Shown here one piece after another: positions 62,171 through 64,000 of a DNA stretch of 64,000 nucleotides; position 1 is the first letter of the stretch, and every line of letters begins with the position of its first letter. The stretch is from the sequence record OR836606.1. The stretch is one strand, 5' to 3'. Both the position numbers and the translations under genes were made by a program. The notes under the pieces were generated by a model, which was given only the letters and a program-made list of their open reading frames with translations, was not told where the DNA came from and searched no databases.

Positions 62171-62176
62171 AAGGAT

Positions 62177-62821
62177 TTGATAAATAAAATGAATAATATA
62201 GATATAAAATACAAAAGTGATAATATTAATAATAAAGTTAAATTAAATAGAAATAATAGAATCAATAATATATTAATTAAAAAAGATTCAAATAATAATA
62301 CAACATTAGTAAATAAAAAAAGTAAATTTCAAATATCAAGTTTATACTTTGAAATAGAATCAGAAAATAGTTTAAAGAAATTTATTAAGAATGTAGAAGG
62401 ATTGGTAAGAAGATCAAATGAATATAAAAAGTATTTATCAATATTAAAAGAAGAATATAATTTAAAAAATGATATAACAATGTCAAATTTATCGGATGAT
62501 ATGGTTACAATGGAATATCATCACTTTCCTTTTACATTATATGAAATTGTAGAAATAGTAGTTAATAGAGCTATTATGGAAGACGAACAATTCACATCAA
62601 TAGATATAGCAGAAAGAGTTATGAAATTACATTTCGATAATAAAGTAGGCTTAGTATTATTATCCAAAACAAATCATCAATTAGCTCATGCAGGTAAAAT
62701 TATCATTCCACTATCTTCAATATTTGGTAAAGTAAATGAATTTGTTTCGTATTATAAAGACTATATGTTAGATCATCAAATAGAACAGTATAATGAATTA
62801 TTAGACGCTTCAAATATATAA
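62177..62821 (+). CDS. Hypothetical protein with HNH-like histidine motifs
   Basis: MEYHHFPFTL...LSKTNHQLAH; SD AAGGA, TTG start. Confidence 0.65.
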   Translation: MINKMNNIDIKYKSDNINNKVKLNRNNRINNILIKKDSNNNTTLVNKKSKFQISSLYFEIESENSLKKFIKNVEGLVRRSNEYKKYLSILKEEYNLKNDITMSNLSDDMVTMEYHHFPFTLYEIVEIVVNRAIMEDEQFTSIDIAERVMKLHFDNKVGLVLLSKTNHQLAHAGKIIIPLSSIFGKVNEFVSYYKDYMLDHQIEQYNELLDASNI

Positions 62822-62901
62822 TAAAATTATAAACATTATTTAAATATATATTATATAAATGAGATTAATAATAGTTAAATAATCTTAAATAATTTTTATA
62901 A

Positions 62902-63705
62902 ATGGAGATGAAATGGATAATGGAAGAATTAAACCAAGCAATTGAATTATTTAATAATGACTTAGAAAGAATTAATGAAGATATTTCAAATGTATTAATG
63001 AAAGAGATGAAAGAAGAATCTAATAGAAAAGAATTAGAAATCTTAGAAGAACGATTAGGTTCAACTGGAGATAGTAAAACATTTAGAGATTTTTATAGTA
63101 TGAAAATGATTAGAAGAAAATCAGATAATATTACTGGTTTGTCATATTCTGATTTTATTAAATTCTTTACTGATGAAAATGAATTAAACAGTGAAGAAAA
63201 TTTTGCAAGAAATATTATGGATTTCTTATCTATGTCTAGAAGTGTAAATATTAGTGAATTTCTTCCAGAAGGACAAAGTAATATTAGTGAAAGAGTATTT
63301 GCATTAATGTTAAGTTATACCGATGAAAATATGGGAACTAATTTAAACTTTCAAGAAATATATAATATAATTTTAGTGACTTATATTGATTTATTTGTAT
63401 ACTATAATAAATCAGATTTAATTAAAGGTAATGATATCACTAAAAAAGATAATAAAATTATTAAGAATTTTTCAGATTCAATTATTAATGAATTTTTAAA
63501 TGAATCTATTAAAGCCATGCAAGCTAGTGAAGCTATTAAAATTAATTCAAGAAAAATTCCTAAGAATATTAATCCGATAGAAATGATATCTTTAGAACAA
63601 ATAGGCAAAATTAAAGCTGAAGAAGCTGAAGGAACTTCTAAAGAATTAAATGCTAATATGCTTTTAGTAAAAACTATTCTTGAATATAGAGCTAATGTAA
63701 AATAA
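62902..63705 (+). CDS. Hypothetical protein (267 aa)
   Basis: Long ORF, helical composition. Confidence 0.75.
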   Translation: MEMKWIMEELNQAIELFNNDLERINEDISNVLMKEMKEESNRKELEILEERLGSTGDSKTFRDFYSMKMIRRKSDNITGLSYSDFIKFFTDENELNSEENFARNIMDFLSMSRSVNISEFLPEGQSNISERVFALMLSYTDENMGTNLNFQEIYNIILVTYIDLFVYYNKSDLIKGNDITKKDNKIIKNFSDSIINEFLNESIKAMQASEAIKINSRKIPKNINPIEMISLEQIGKIKAEEAEGTSKELNANMLLVKTILEYRANVK

Positions 63706-63712
63706 TAAAATT

Positions 63713-63744
63713 GAGGTAACTATCATTAATTTGATAGTTACCTC
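63713..63744. terminator. Bidirectional terminator
   Basis: GAGGTAACTATCA/TGATAGTTACCTC between convergent genes. Confidence 0.8.
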
Positions 63745-63760
63745 TAATATTTTATTTTTT

Positions 63761-64000
63761 TTAAAATATATCCATTTTGTATAAATCTTTTTTTCTTCCT
63801 TGATTTATTAATTCATTTATCATATTAATCTTACGTGTATCTGTATACATTACAAGTGTATGAACTTTATTATCTTCAGGTTCTTTTACAATTAATTCAA
63901 AAGTATCATAATCAACAAAATATTCATTTTTACTCATAGGTTTATTATTCTTAAATAGTTTAAATTCTACAATTTTTTGAATATCTCCATTAATTTTATT
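63761..64000 (-). CDS. Hypothetical protein, partial (C-terminal 79 aa; starts beyond window)
   Basis: Manual translation open from 64000 to TAA at 63761-63763. Confidence 0.7.
   Translation of the reverse strand, partial: NKINGDIQKIVEFKLFKNNKPMSKNEYFVDYDTFELIVKEPEDNKVHTLVMYTDTRKINMINELINQGRKKDLYKMDIF

Noticed and set aside
62065-62265. 66-aa hydrophobic ORF with IKNIFIKNLL repeats
   Set aside because: Translation artefact of the 30-bp A/T repeat
1-64000. tRNA, rRNA, tmRNA or intein features
   Set aside because: No cloverleaf, rRNA-like or intein splice motifs recognised by eye; not excluded without a scan

Overview
This is a very AT-rich 64 kb segment of a jumbo myophage genome. The gene content and style resemble AR9/PBS1-type phages, and a Staphylococcus-like Firmicute host is inferred. 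It carries the morphogenesis module: major capsid protein, prohead protease, terminase large subunit, tail sheath and tube, baseplate proteins, and two ~1,900-2,000 aa paralogous tail lysin/tape-measure-like proteins. It also carries class Ib ribonucleotide reductase genes (nrdH, nrdI, nrdE, nrdF), a Dda/RecD-like helicase, a MoxR AAA + vWA pair and many hypothetical proteins. Three essential genes that look fragmented in the ORF track are actually spliced. Eight miniature, ORF-less group I introns (127-184 nt) can be read with P1 U-G pairs, P/Q/R/S core motifs and terminal G: one in nrdE, four in terminase and three in the prohead protease, with exons as short as 6 and 14 nt. A fifth terminase intron (~1.95 kb) is a full group I ribozyme carrying an intact TnpB nuclease and no transposase. 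Its tnpB has a late-promoter-like motif inside an RBS-sequestering hairpin, the layout of a domesticated intron homing endonuclease, so RNA-guided intron homing is the leading hypothesis. All calls come from reading motifs by eye; no database searches were run.
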